DNA of 12,558 nt from Planctomycetota bacterium. GTDB taxonomy: Bacteria > Planctomycetota > UBA8108 > UBA1146. The stretch spans positions 1-12,558 of the forward strand of contig JAYZBV010000029.1 in assembly GCA_036338595.1 (NCBI GenBank), in the 5' to 3' direction. The notes under the pieces are model-generated. The model ran no database searches. It was not told where the DNA came from and saw only the letters and a list, made by a program, of their open reading frames with translations. The position numbers and the translations under genes are program-made. Positions within the stretch are counted from its first letter, which is position 1; each line of letters begins with the position of its first letter. Shown here one piece after another: positions 1 to 7,136 of the stretch.

Positions 1-75
1 CTGATGTTCTATCCACCCAATCACTACTTCCGCTCACCGATGGACTACCTACCGCACGAACTGGAGTCGATGTAA
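1..75 (+). CDS. Possible 3' end of an upstream gene (LMFYPPNHYFRSPMDYLPHELESM*), product unknown
   Basis: Frame 1 is open from the window edge to TAA at 73-75, with mostly C/G-ending codons. Too short to identify. Confidence 0.3.
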   Translation: MMFYPPNHYFRSPMDYLPHELESM

Positions 76-138
76 TCATCTTGCCTCGGTTGGGTATGAA
101 TGAGGATGAGTGTTTCCGGGTGAGTTTCTGGCGGGTTA

Positions 139-160
139 ACATGTGTTCAAGTTCACATGT
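139..160. promoter_or_regulatory. CRP/FNR-family-like operator
   Basis: ACATGTGTTCAAGTTCACATGT has the core TGTGt-N6-TCACA (142-157) and matches the E. coli CRP consensus AAATGTGATCTAGATCACATTT at 17/22 positions. It lies about 30 nt upstream of the likely start at 192. Confidence 0.5.
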
Positions 161-191
161 GTTTTTCAGTCACAGTCAGGTAGGCGATTCA

Positions 192-860
192 TTGTCTGAA
201 ACCAGTGTCTTTGATCGGACAGAAACGACAGCTCCCATTGTTGGCGATTATGCGTACAACCTCATCATCGGAGCCGTACTGTGCTGGGGATTTGCGATCA
301 ACTGGTTCATCGTGAAAACAGTCGACGTTCAACTGATGATGAACGTGGTGCCAATCTGGATGTTTTTCTTGCTGTATTTTGCCTCGTGTTTATATGGAAT
401 CCGAGTGTTCAAGAAATCGTCAAATGCCGCCATCAGTTTCGTTGGTTACAATTTTGTAGTGGTGCCATTTGGCTTCGTCGTCAACATTGCAGTTTCCTTT
501 ACGGATCCTGAACTGGTCTTACGGGCGATTCAGGTGACGGGTTCGGTGACGATCTTGATGATGTTATGCGGAACCCTGTTCCCTCAGTTTTTTCAATCGA
601 TCAAAAATTGCCTTTGCTGGGGGCTGGGAATCTGCATTGTTATAGAGCTGAGCTAGTTATTTTTTTTCGGATTGCATTCATCAGGGATTGATTGGCTCGT
701 TGCATTGATCTTTTGCGGCTATATCGGATACGACTGGGGACGGGCGCAACAAATTCCAAAAACTGTAGATAATGCGGTCGATAGTGCTGCGGCGCTTTAC
801 ATGGATATCATCAATCTGTTTGTACGAATCCTGGAAATCATGGCGCGAGCCAAGGACTGA
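192..860 (+). pseudogene. Bax inhibitor-1/YccA-family membrane protein, copy 1, interrupted by an in-frame TAG at 654-656
   Basis: ORFs 81..656 and 672..860 are in the same frame. Read through the stop they give IELS*LFFFGLHSSGIDW, which aligns without gaps to copy 2 IELFLMFTGRAHPGWIDW. The BI-1 C-terminal signature YIGYDW...AAALYMDIINLF is present. Likely start is TTG at 192 (LSETSVFDR vs MDTTSVFDR), after AGGTAGG. Confidence 0.8.
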
Positions 861-896
861 TCATCTAAGGCTATCGATAGCCGTTGTCGGAGCATA

Positions 897-1571
897 ATGA
901 CCATGGACACGACAAGTGTTTTTGACCGATCGGAGATCAAAGGTGCCATCCTCAGTGACCAGCAATACAACTTCATCCTGGGAGCGGTGTTGTGCTGGGG
1001 ATTTGCCCTCAACTGGTTGATCGTCCGTACCGTCGATCCACGTTGGGTCGTTGCTGCGATGCCGTACTGGTTGTTTCTGCTGCTGTACTTCGCTTCGTGT
1101 TTTGCAGGGATCTGGCTCTTCAAAAAATCGATAAATCCTGTTGTGAGTTTCATCGGGTACAATTTTGTTGTGGTGCCGTTTGGCTTTGTCGTGAACCTTG
1201 TTGTCGCTTTGTACGATGAAGAACTTGTCGTCGCTGCGATTCAGGTCACCGGTTCGGTGGTGGTCGTGATGATGGTGCTGGGAACCCTGGTTCCCAAGTT
1301 CTTCCAGAAGGTCCGTAATGCACTTTCTCTGGCATTGGGCTTATTTATCTGCATCGAGCTTTTTTTGATGTTTACCGGTCGCGCACACCCTGGATGGATC
1401 GATTGGGGCGTAGCTTTGATTTTCTGTGGTTATATCGGCTACGACTGGGGGCGAGCCAACCAGATCCCGAAAACCATGGATAATGCAGTCGACAGCGCTG
1501 CGGCACTTTACATGGATATCATCAATCTGTTTCTACGAATCCTCAGGATCATGGGGCGGTCGAGGGATTGA
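897..1571 (+). CDS. Bax inhibitor-1/YccA (TMBIM)-family integral membrane protein, copy 2 (intact)
   Basis: 224 aa with multiple hydrophobic segments and the motif GYIGYDW...DSAAALYMDIINLFLRIL, carrying the two conserved Asp of the family. GGAG RBS at 889-892. Start is 897 or 903. Confidence 0.88.
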   Translation: MTMDTTSVFDRSEIKGAILSDQQYNFILGAVLCWGFALNWLIVRTVDPRWVVAAMPYWLFLLLYFASCFAGIWLFKKSINPVVSFIGYNFVVVPFGFVVNLVVALYDEELVVAAIQVTGSVVVVMMVLGTLVPKFFQKVRNALSLALGLFICIELFLMFTGRAHPGWIDWGVALIFCGYIGYDWGRANQIPKTMDNAVDSAAALYMDIINLFLRILRIMGRSRD

Positions 1572-1609
1572 CCACCGCTGGCTTTGACCAGCGGTTGTCG
1601 TTCGTTTTA
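1570..1609. terminator. Probable intrinsic terminator between convergent genes
   Basis: Stem ACCGCTGG (1574-1581) / CCAGCGGT (1588-1595) with a 6-nt loop, extendable by GAC/GTC, followed by T-rich GTTCGTTTTA. It sits between the BI-1 stop and the queD stop. Confidence 0.6.
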
Positions 1610-1610
1610 T

Positions 1611-1979
1611 CTACGGGCCACGGTAGGTACAGGCGGTGTTACAGGTCTCGTGGATGCACACCGCGGTGAGTCCGGGAAGTCCAGCCGCGATGCGATTCCA
1701 GATCCAGATGGCGATGTGTTCCGAGGTGGGATTCTCGAGTCCTTCGATCTCGTTGAGATGGCGATGGTCGAGTTCAGCAATCACCGGCCTGACCACTTCT
1801 TTCATCTGTCCATAATCCATCACCCAGCCGCTGGTCTCGCCGACCGGTCCACTGACTCGTACCTCAACATGGAAAGTGTGCCCGTGAAGTCGCCGGCACT
1901 TGTGATCTTCCGGCACGTTGGGAAGGCTGTGTGCCGAGTCGAAGGAGAATTTATGACTGAGTTCGACGGTTTGATTCAT
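1611..1979 (-). CDS. queD: 6-carboxy-5,6,7,8-tetrahydropterin synthase
   Basis: 122 aa with FDSAHSL, HKCRRLHGH (catalytic Cys and Zn-binding His), LDHRHLN, LENPTSE and a C-terminal ET motif. Adjacent to queE. Confidence 0.95.
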   Translation of the reverse strand: MNQTVELSHKFSFDSAHSLPNVPEDHKCRRLHGHTFHVEVRVSGPVGETSGWVMDYGQMKEVVRPVIAELDHRHLNEIEGLENPTSEHIAIWIWNRIAAGLPGLTAVCIHETCNTACTYRGP

Positions 1980-1981
1980 GA

Positions 1982-2620
1982 TCAGGTCCTACGCGCCTCG
2001 GGATCCCAGATGTACTTGTGCTGTTGCAGCTGCATCCTGACCGGTAACTGATCCTCGATCAGCCACGCCGACAGTTGCGCCGGTTCCAGCTCGCCGAACA
2101 CCGGCGAGAACAGCATCGGAACGGTCGGCCGATGTTCACGATAGACGTTACAGGCCCATTCGTAATCGGTGCGATCGGCGATGACGATTTTGAGCTCGTC
2201 GCCGTCTTTCAGCCGGGGCAGATTGTCCCACAGGTTGCGGCTCTCTTCACCACTTCCTGGTGCTTTCAGATCGAGGATGACACCGACTCTGGGGTCGAGG
2301 TCTGCGACCGGAAAGGAACCCGAAGTTTCGAGCAGAACCTGGTCGAACTGGTCGCACAGCCTCGTCAGCAGCTCCGGTGCGCCCGGCTGTGCCAGCGGTT
2401 CGCCACCGGTGACCTCGACCAGGCCGATCCCTGCAGCAGCGACCTGTTCGATGATAGCCTCGATGCTCATCGATTCGCCGCCGGTGAAGGAGTAGACGGT
2501 ATCGCACCAGCGACAGCGCAGCGGGCAACCGGCCAGACGCACGAAGGTGCAGGGCAAACCGGCGCGAGTACTTTCCCCCTGGATCGATGGGTAGATCTCG
2601 ATGACGCGCAGGTCGGTCAC
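1982..2620 (-). CDS. queE: 7-carboxy-7-deazaguanine synthase (radical SAM)
   Basis: EIYPSIQGES, FVRLAGCPLRCRWCDT (CxxxCxxC), VTGGEPL, LETSG, QLQQHKYIW. Likely start is GTG at 2620, overlapping the upstream TGA (GTGA), giving 212 aa. Confidence 0.93.
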   Translation of the reverse strand: MTDLRVIEIYPSIQGESTRAGLPCTFVRLAGCPLRCRWCDTVYSFTGGESMSIEAIIEQVAAAGIGLVEVTGGEPLAQPGAPELLTRLCDQFDQVLLETSGSFPVADLDPRVGVILDLKAPGSGEESRNLWDNLPRLKDGDELKIVIADRTDYEWACNVYREHRPTVPMLFSPVFGELEPAQLSAWLIEDQLPVRMQLQQHKYIWDPEARRT

Positions 2621-3075
2621 GACGATACCTCGATCGATTGCAGGACCTCTCGTACATCGTCTGGAATGGCGGTCGCTTCGAATCGATCGATGTCGACGCA
2701 CACCTTCCAGGCACGAGCGCTGAAGCAGTCACGCGGGGTGTCATCCTCGAGCGAGTTCTGACGACCGACGAACTGAAAGCACACCGAAGAGTTGCCCAGT
2801 TGCGAGGTGGACACTTCGACGGTGACGGGGCCGGCGTGCTGAACCGGCGCTGGAAAGTCAGCTTCAAGGCGACGGGTGGGAAAACCGAGTCGTGCTTTCT
2901 GACACCACTGGTGGTAGGGCACCGGTCCACGCTGCTGATAGAGCTCTTCAAATGCCTGGTGGCAGATGTGAAGCAGCTGTGGGTAGTAGACAATTCCGGC
3001 CGCGTCTACATCGGCGAAGCGGATCGGAATTTCGACCTGAAAGGACACGGTACCCTCGTCTCGATTGAGGACCAT
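2617..3075 (-). CDS. Hotdog-fold acyl-CoA thioesterase (4HBT/YbgC-like)
   Basis: IRFADVDAAGIVYY (catalytic Asp region), LEADFPAPV, LGNSSVCFQF, VCVD...IPDDVRE. An alternative start is GTG at 3048 after GAGGG. Confidence 0.85.
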   Translation of the reverse strand: MVLNRDEGTVSFQVEIPIRFADVDAAGIVYYPQLLHICHQAFEELYQQRGPVPYHQWCQKARLGFPTRRLEADFPAPVQHAGPVTVEVSTSQLGNSSVCFQFVGRQNSLEDDTPRDCFSARAWKVCVDIDRFEATAIPDDVREVLQSIEVSS

Positions 3076-3264
3076 CGACTCACCGATAGGATAAAGGGGA
3101 TCGAGGTTTGTGGGGCAGGAACCGCCCGGAATTAACCGTTCTGAAGCGCTAAAAGGGCCTGCTGGACGCGTTGCTGGCCACCGACGGAAACGGTAAGATC
3201 AAGACGGTTGGGACTTTGGGGCCGAACGTCGAATGACAGGAAAGTTCGGAACTGGATCCCGGGA

Positions 3265-3300
3265 TTCAAACGATTATTGCTACTGGGGCCCTCGTTTGAA
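3265..3300. promoter_or_regulatory. Perfect 9-bp inverted repeat (operator or 5' UTR hairpin) in the divergent intergenic region
   Basis: TTCAAACGA (3265-3273) - 18 nt - TCGTTTGAA (3292-3300), 40 nt upstream of the dioxygenase ATG. Confidence 0.4.
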
Positions 3301-3339
3301 GCGACAGATGGTTTCGCGACGGAATCAGGGGAGGCCGAG

Positions 3340-3915
3340 ATGGAGCCGATTACAAATCTTGAGCAACTCATCGCAGAGGTCGATCAACTGCTTGTGAGCG
3401 AGAATCAGGAACGGCGACTGCTGTCCGACCTGGTGAAGATCACCGAGCGCTTCGCCGCCGGAATCTCCGACGAGTTTCTCGGCCAGTTTGAACCGGGCAC
3501 ACAGCACTATTCCCGCCATCTACTTCATGCCGATGCCGAGGATCGTTTCTCCCTGAGTGCCCTGGTATGGAGACCGGGCCAGGGAACCCCCATCCATGAC
3601 CATCCGAGCTGGGGAGTCCTGGGAGTCCTGCGCGGCAGGATGCGCTTCACCAATTACGCACCGGATGAGGTCGACGGCCAGCACTGTCTGATTCCGGTCG
3701 AGACCTTCATCGGCACCGCTGGCTCGGTGGGAACCGTCTATCCACCCGCCATGGATCTGCACCGGATGGACAATTGTTCTCGCGACGAGATGGCCGTCAC
3801 CCTGCACATCTACGGCTGTCTGGTGAAGGAGTTCTCCATCTACAATCCCGAGACGGGACAGCGTCGTGAGGCTGTCAGCGAATATGATTCGGTGCTCGAG
3901 GGAGCCCTTCCCTAG
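3340..3915 (+). CDS. Cysteine dioxygenase-family thiol dioxygenase (cupin)
   Basis: YSRHLL, LVWRPGQGTPIHDH (two His), LHRMDN (third His), TLHIYG (S/T-H-Y outer triad). ATG at 3340 follows GGGGAGG. 191 aa. Confidence 0.85.
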   Translation: MEPITNLEQLIAEVDQLLVSENQERRLLSDLVKITERFAAGISDEFLGQFEPGTQHYSRHLLHADAEDRFSLSALVWRPGQGTPIHDHPSWGVLGVLRGRMRFTNYAPDEVDGQHCLIPVETFIGTAGSVGTVYPPAMDLHRMDNCSRDEMAVTLHIYGCLVKEFSIYNPETGQRREAVSEYDSVLEGALP

Positions 3916-4011
3916 GCACCGGTCTCTCTCCATCACAGAAACTCCCATCGATCCCTTGCTTCCGCGGCTCGGTCAGGATCCCATCTGGCAGGGACCAGGA
4001 GGCCTTTTCGG

Positions 4012-4902
4012 ATGCGCATCGGAATCATCACTGCAGATCCAGCTCTCGATTCATGCCTCCGCCTCGAAAAAGAAGCGACCCGACGTGGACACGAGTGGGT
4101 ACCCCTGCCGCTGCTGCGGCTGGCGATCCGAACCTCCGCTCCCCGTTTGATCTGCTGCGGTGAAGAGGTGGCGCCACTCGATGCGGCGATCCTCCGCCTC
4201 GGCGCCGTATTGCCCGGTCTGGCGGTCGCTGCCGGTCGTGCTCTCGAACAGGATGGAGTGGCACTGATCGATCCGGTCGAGGCACTGGTCACCGCCCGCG
4301 ACAAGATGGAATCGCTACAGCGACTCTCGCGAGCGGGAGTTCCGGTCCCCGAGACGGAACTGGTACGTGATCTCGATCAACTGCACGAGGCGGTGGAACG
4401 ACTCGGCGGTCCTCCCGTGGTCCTGAAACCATTGTTCGGTTCCCAGGGGCGTGGTGCGGTTCTCGCCGAAAGCCACGCCAGTGCCGTCTCGCTGATGGAG
4501 AGTGTGCTGTTTCTTTCACGGGAGTTCATCTTGCAGCGTTACATCGAATGCGGAGGTCGCGACACGCGGTTGCTGGTGATCGGTGGCGAGGTGGTGGCGG
4601 CGATGGACCGAACCGCCCCGGCTGGAGATTTTCGTTCCAACCTGCATCGGGGGGGAACCGCAACGACCGTGGATCCAGACCAGCAGGTCAAAAAGCTCGC
4701 CGTGGATTCGGCAGCGATTCTCGGTTTGCGCTGTGCCGGAGTCGATGTGTTGCAGGGGCCGGATGGTCCGCTGGTACTGGAGGTCAATGGATCGCCAGGG
4801 CTGGCCGGCATCGAGGCGACCACCGGAGTCGAGGTGGCCCGCTGCTGGATCGACGTGCTCGAGGAGACGGTACGGGAGGGACAACACTGTGAACAAGGAT
4901 GA
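4012..4902 (+). CDS. rimK: RimK-family alpha-L-glutamate ligase (ATP-grasp)
   Basis: ARDKMESLQRL, PVVLKPLFGSQGRG, ILQRYI, DTRLLVIGG, FRSNLHRGG, AGVDVL, LEVNGSPGLAGIE. AGGAGG RBS. 296 aa. Confidence 0.88.
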   Translation: MRIGIITADPALDSCLRLEKEATRRGHEWVPLPLLRLAIRTSAPRLICCGEEVAPLDAAILRLGAVLPGLAVAAGRALEQDGVALIDPVEALVTARDKMESLQRLSRAGVPVPETELVRDLDQLHEAVERLGGPPVVLKPLFGSQGRGAVLAESHASAVSLMESVLFLSREFILQRYIECGGRDTRLLVIGGEVVAAMDRTAPAGDFRSNLHRGGTATTVDPDQQVKKLAVDSAAILGLRCAGVDVLQGPDGPLVLEVNGSPGLAGIEATTGVEVARCWIDVLEETVREGQHCEQG

Positions 4903-6631
4903 AGTGATCCGCGTTCTCATCGAGTGTGGGGAGATCCTCGAGATCTCCGGTGCCAGCCCATTTGCCGTGCGTGCCTATTCCAATGGAGCCCGTGCTCTCG
5001 AATCGTGGCAGGGGGATCTCGATTCGCTCATCGAGGAGGGGCAGATCACCTCGATCCGGGGCATCGGAAAGGGTCTGGCGGCCCTCATCGAGGAACTGGT
5101 GGTCGATGGTGAGAGCGAGATCGAGGCGGAGATCCGTCAACTGGTCCCTGAATCGCTGCTCGAGTTGCTGCGCATCCCGGGGCTTGGTCCCAAGAAGGTG
5201 CGAGCCATCTACGAGAACCTGGAGATTCTGACCATCGCCGACCTCGAGACCGCCTGCAACGAGCAGCAGATTCGCGAACTGGCCGGCTTCGGCGAGCGAA
5301 CCGAGCAGACCATCCTCAAGGGGATCAACAATCTGCGACGATTTGCCGGTCGTAACCTGGTGTCGCAGGCACAACTGGTGGCGAGTCGTTTCCTGACCCA
5401 GGTCGAGGATTGCAAGGCGACCGAGGAGGCGCAGGTTGCCGGTAGTTTGCGCCGCCATCGCGAGACGGTCGGTGACATCGATATCCTCGCATCCTCCGAT
5501 GATCCGATTGCGGTTCGTGATGCGTTCCTGGCAACCGCTGGCATCGGCGAGGTGGAAGCCGAAGGCGAGACCAAGACACGGATTCTGTCCGAGGAGGGGA
5601 TCGGTGTCGATTTGCGGGTTGTGGAGCCGGATCAGTTTGCCCCGGCGTTGCACTACTTCACCGGGAGTCGTGAGCACAACACCCGGATTCGACAGCGCGC
5701 CCGCGAGAAGGGCTGGAAGCTCAACGAATACGGTCTGTGGGATAGCAGCGAAAATCCGCTCGATACTCCCGATGAGGAATCGATCTTCGAGCACCTGGAA
5801 CTGGCGTGGATTCCACCGGAGATGCGTGAAGATCTCGGCGAAGTCGAACGAGCCGAGCAGTTGTTCGAGATCCAGGAGGAGTGGCCCGAACTGGTCGAGT
5901 TCGAGCAGATCCGGGGCACGCTCCATTGCCACTCGAACTGGTCCGATGGAAAGGCCTCTCTGCGCGAGATGGTGCAGTCCGCTGCGGATCGGGGCTGGAA
6001 GTACTACGGCACCGCCGATCACAGCCGTACCGCCTCCTATGCCGGCGGGCTTTCCATCGATGAACTGCATCAGCAACGGGTCGAGATCGATCAACTGCGC
6101 AAGGAGTTCCCCGATGTCACCATCCTGCACGGCATCGAGAGCGATATCCTCGCCGATGGTTCGCTCGATTATCCCGATGATGTGCTCGCAGAGCTCGATT
6201 ACGTGGTGGCCAGCGTTCATTCCAACTTCTCGCTGGCCAAGCAGCAGCAGACCGAGCGCATCGAACGGGCGCTACGTAACCGCTACACGACGGTCTGGGG
6301 GCATCCGACCGGGAGACTGCTGTTGCAACGAGATGGTTACGAGATGGACATGGCTCATCTGCTACGAGTGGCGGCAGAGGAGCAGGTAATTGTCGAGCTC
6401 AACGCCAATCCACGGCGACTCGATGTCGACTGGCGCTGGGGAAAGATGCTACAGGAGCTCGCCATCGACATCGGGATCCATCCCGATGCCCATTCGGTGG
6501 TGGGCCTCGATGATATCGAGCATGGAGTGGGGATCGCGCGTAAGATGGGCCTGACAGCAAACCAGGTGACCAATACCTGGGAACCCAAACAGTACGTCGA
6601 GCGTCTGGCGGTACATCGCCAGAAGGCGTGA
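4889..6631 (+). CDS. polX: DNA polymerase X with C-terminal PHP domain
   Basis: HhH motifs IRGIGKG, IPGLGPKK and LAGFGERT. GSLRR...GDIDIL and VDLRVV supply the three catalytic Asp. HYFTGS is present. PHP motifs LHCHSNWSDG, ADHS, GIESDI, ASVHS, GHPTGR, DAH. Likely start is GTG at 4889 after GGGAGGG (580 aa). Confidence 0.95.
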   Translation: MNKDEVIRVLIECGEILEISGASPFAVRAYSNGARALESWQGDLDSLIEEGQITSIRGIGKGLAALIEELVVDGESEIEAEIRQLVPESLLELLRIPGLGPKKVRAIYENLEILTIADLETACNEQQIRELAGFGERTEQTILKGINNLRRFAGRNLVSQAQLVASRFLTQVEDCKATEEAQVAGSLRRHRETVGDIDILASSDDPIAVRDAFLATAGIGEVEAEGETKTRILSEEGIGVDLRVVEPDQFAPALHYFTGSREHNTRIRQRAREKGWKLNEYGLWDSSENPLDTPDEESIFEHLELAWIPPEMREDLGEVERAEQLFEIQEEWPELVEFEQIRGTLHCHSNWSDGKASLREMVQSAADRGWKYYGTADHSRTASYAGGLSIDELHQQRVEIDQLRKEFPDVTILHGIESDILADGSLDYPDDVLAELDYVVASVHSNFSLAKQQQTERIERALRNRYTTVWGHPTGRLLLQRDGYEMDMAHLLRVAAEEQVIVELNANPRRLDVDWRWGKMLQELAIDIGIHPDAHSVVGLDDIEHGVGIARKMGLTANQVTNTWEPKQYVERLAVHRQKA

Positions 6632-7134
6632 CAACGAAGTGGATAGCGGGGGAAATGATGAGTGATCGACCGAGCAAGATACCTTCAGAGAGTGCTGTCG
6701 AGATGCGTGAACTGGTGTTGCCCAACGACACCAACAGTCACGGTAACGTGCTCGGTGGCAAGGTTCTGCACCTGATGGATCTGGCCTGCGCGATGGTGGC
6801 GATGCGTCACTGCCGGCGTCCGGTGGTGACCGCCGCGATGGACAACGTCGAGTTCCTGGCGCCGATTCCCGGCGGCCATTTCATGATTCTCAAGGCGATG
6901 GTCAATCACACCGGTCGCACATCGATGGAAATTGGCGTACGGGTCGAGGGAGAAGATCCCCGCACCGGAGATATCACCCACACATCGAGTGCCTACCTGA
7001 CCTTTGTCGGGCTCGATGACCGCAAGAAACCGGCCGAGGTGCCTGGCTTGACCCCGGGCACCGACGACGAGAAGCGCCGTTTTGCCGAAGCGGAGAAAAG
7101 GGTGATTTACCGCCGTGAGAGTCGCAGGGATTAG
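6628..7134 (+). CDS. Acyl-CoA thioesterase, YciA-type hotdog fold
   Basis: VLPNDTNSHGNVLGGKVLHLMDLAC, VVTAAMDNVEFLAPI, TGRTSMEIGVRV, AYLTFVGLD. Start is GTG 6628 (GTGA overlap with polX) or ATG 6655/6658. Confidence 0.9.
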   Translation: MTTKWIAGEMMSDRPSKIPSESAVEMRELVLPNDTNSHGNVLGGKVLHLMDLACAMVAMRHCRRPVVTAAMDNVEFLAPIPGGHFMILKAMVNHTGRTSMEIGVRVEGEDPRTGDITHTSSAYLTFVGLDDRKKPAEVPGLTPGTDDEKRRFAEAEKRVIYRRESRRD

Positions 7135-7136
7135 AG

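Noticed and set aside
654..656. Genome-wide TAG reassignment
   Set aside because: TAG terminates several genes here at their expected family C-termini (queD, dioxygenase, YciA-type thioesterase, FG-GAP protein, MBOAT).
657..670. T8 run as a phase-variable or frameshift site in BI-1 copy 1
   Set aside because: Both halves are already in the same frame and align without gaps to copy 2. The lesion is the TAG, not an indel, and the run simply encodes Phe-Phe-Phe.
3100..3135. Possible preQ1 riboswitch upstream of the thioesterase-queED operon (minus strand GGGCGGTTCCTGCCCC)
   Set aside because: There is a small hairpin containing GGTTC, but it lacks the loop size and the A-rich 3' tail of preQ1-I. 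Not supportable without an Rfam search.
1584..3135. Plus-strand ORFs 1584..2051, 2075..2761 and 2638..3135
   Set aside because: They are antisense shadows of queD, queE and the thioesterase, with no independent motifs.
4583..4888. N-terminal extension of polX in the ORF track (682 aa)
   Set aside because: It overlaps rimK, has Arg/Trp/Pro-rich off-frame composition, and a good RBS plus GTG exists at 4889.
4784..6220. 478-aa antisense ORF
   Set aside because: It lies opposite polX (and the rimK 3' end) and has no recognisable motifs. It is a typical shadow ORF of a GC-rich gene.
1611..6631. 7-deazaguanine DNA-modification (dpd) or phage-type system suggested by queDE near a DNA polymerase
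   Set aside because: No dpdA/tgt-like transglycosylase, folE, queC or phage genes are in the window. PolX-PHP is an ordinary chromosomal repair enzyme in a separate operon.
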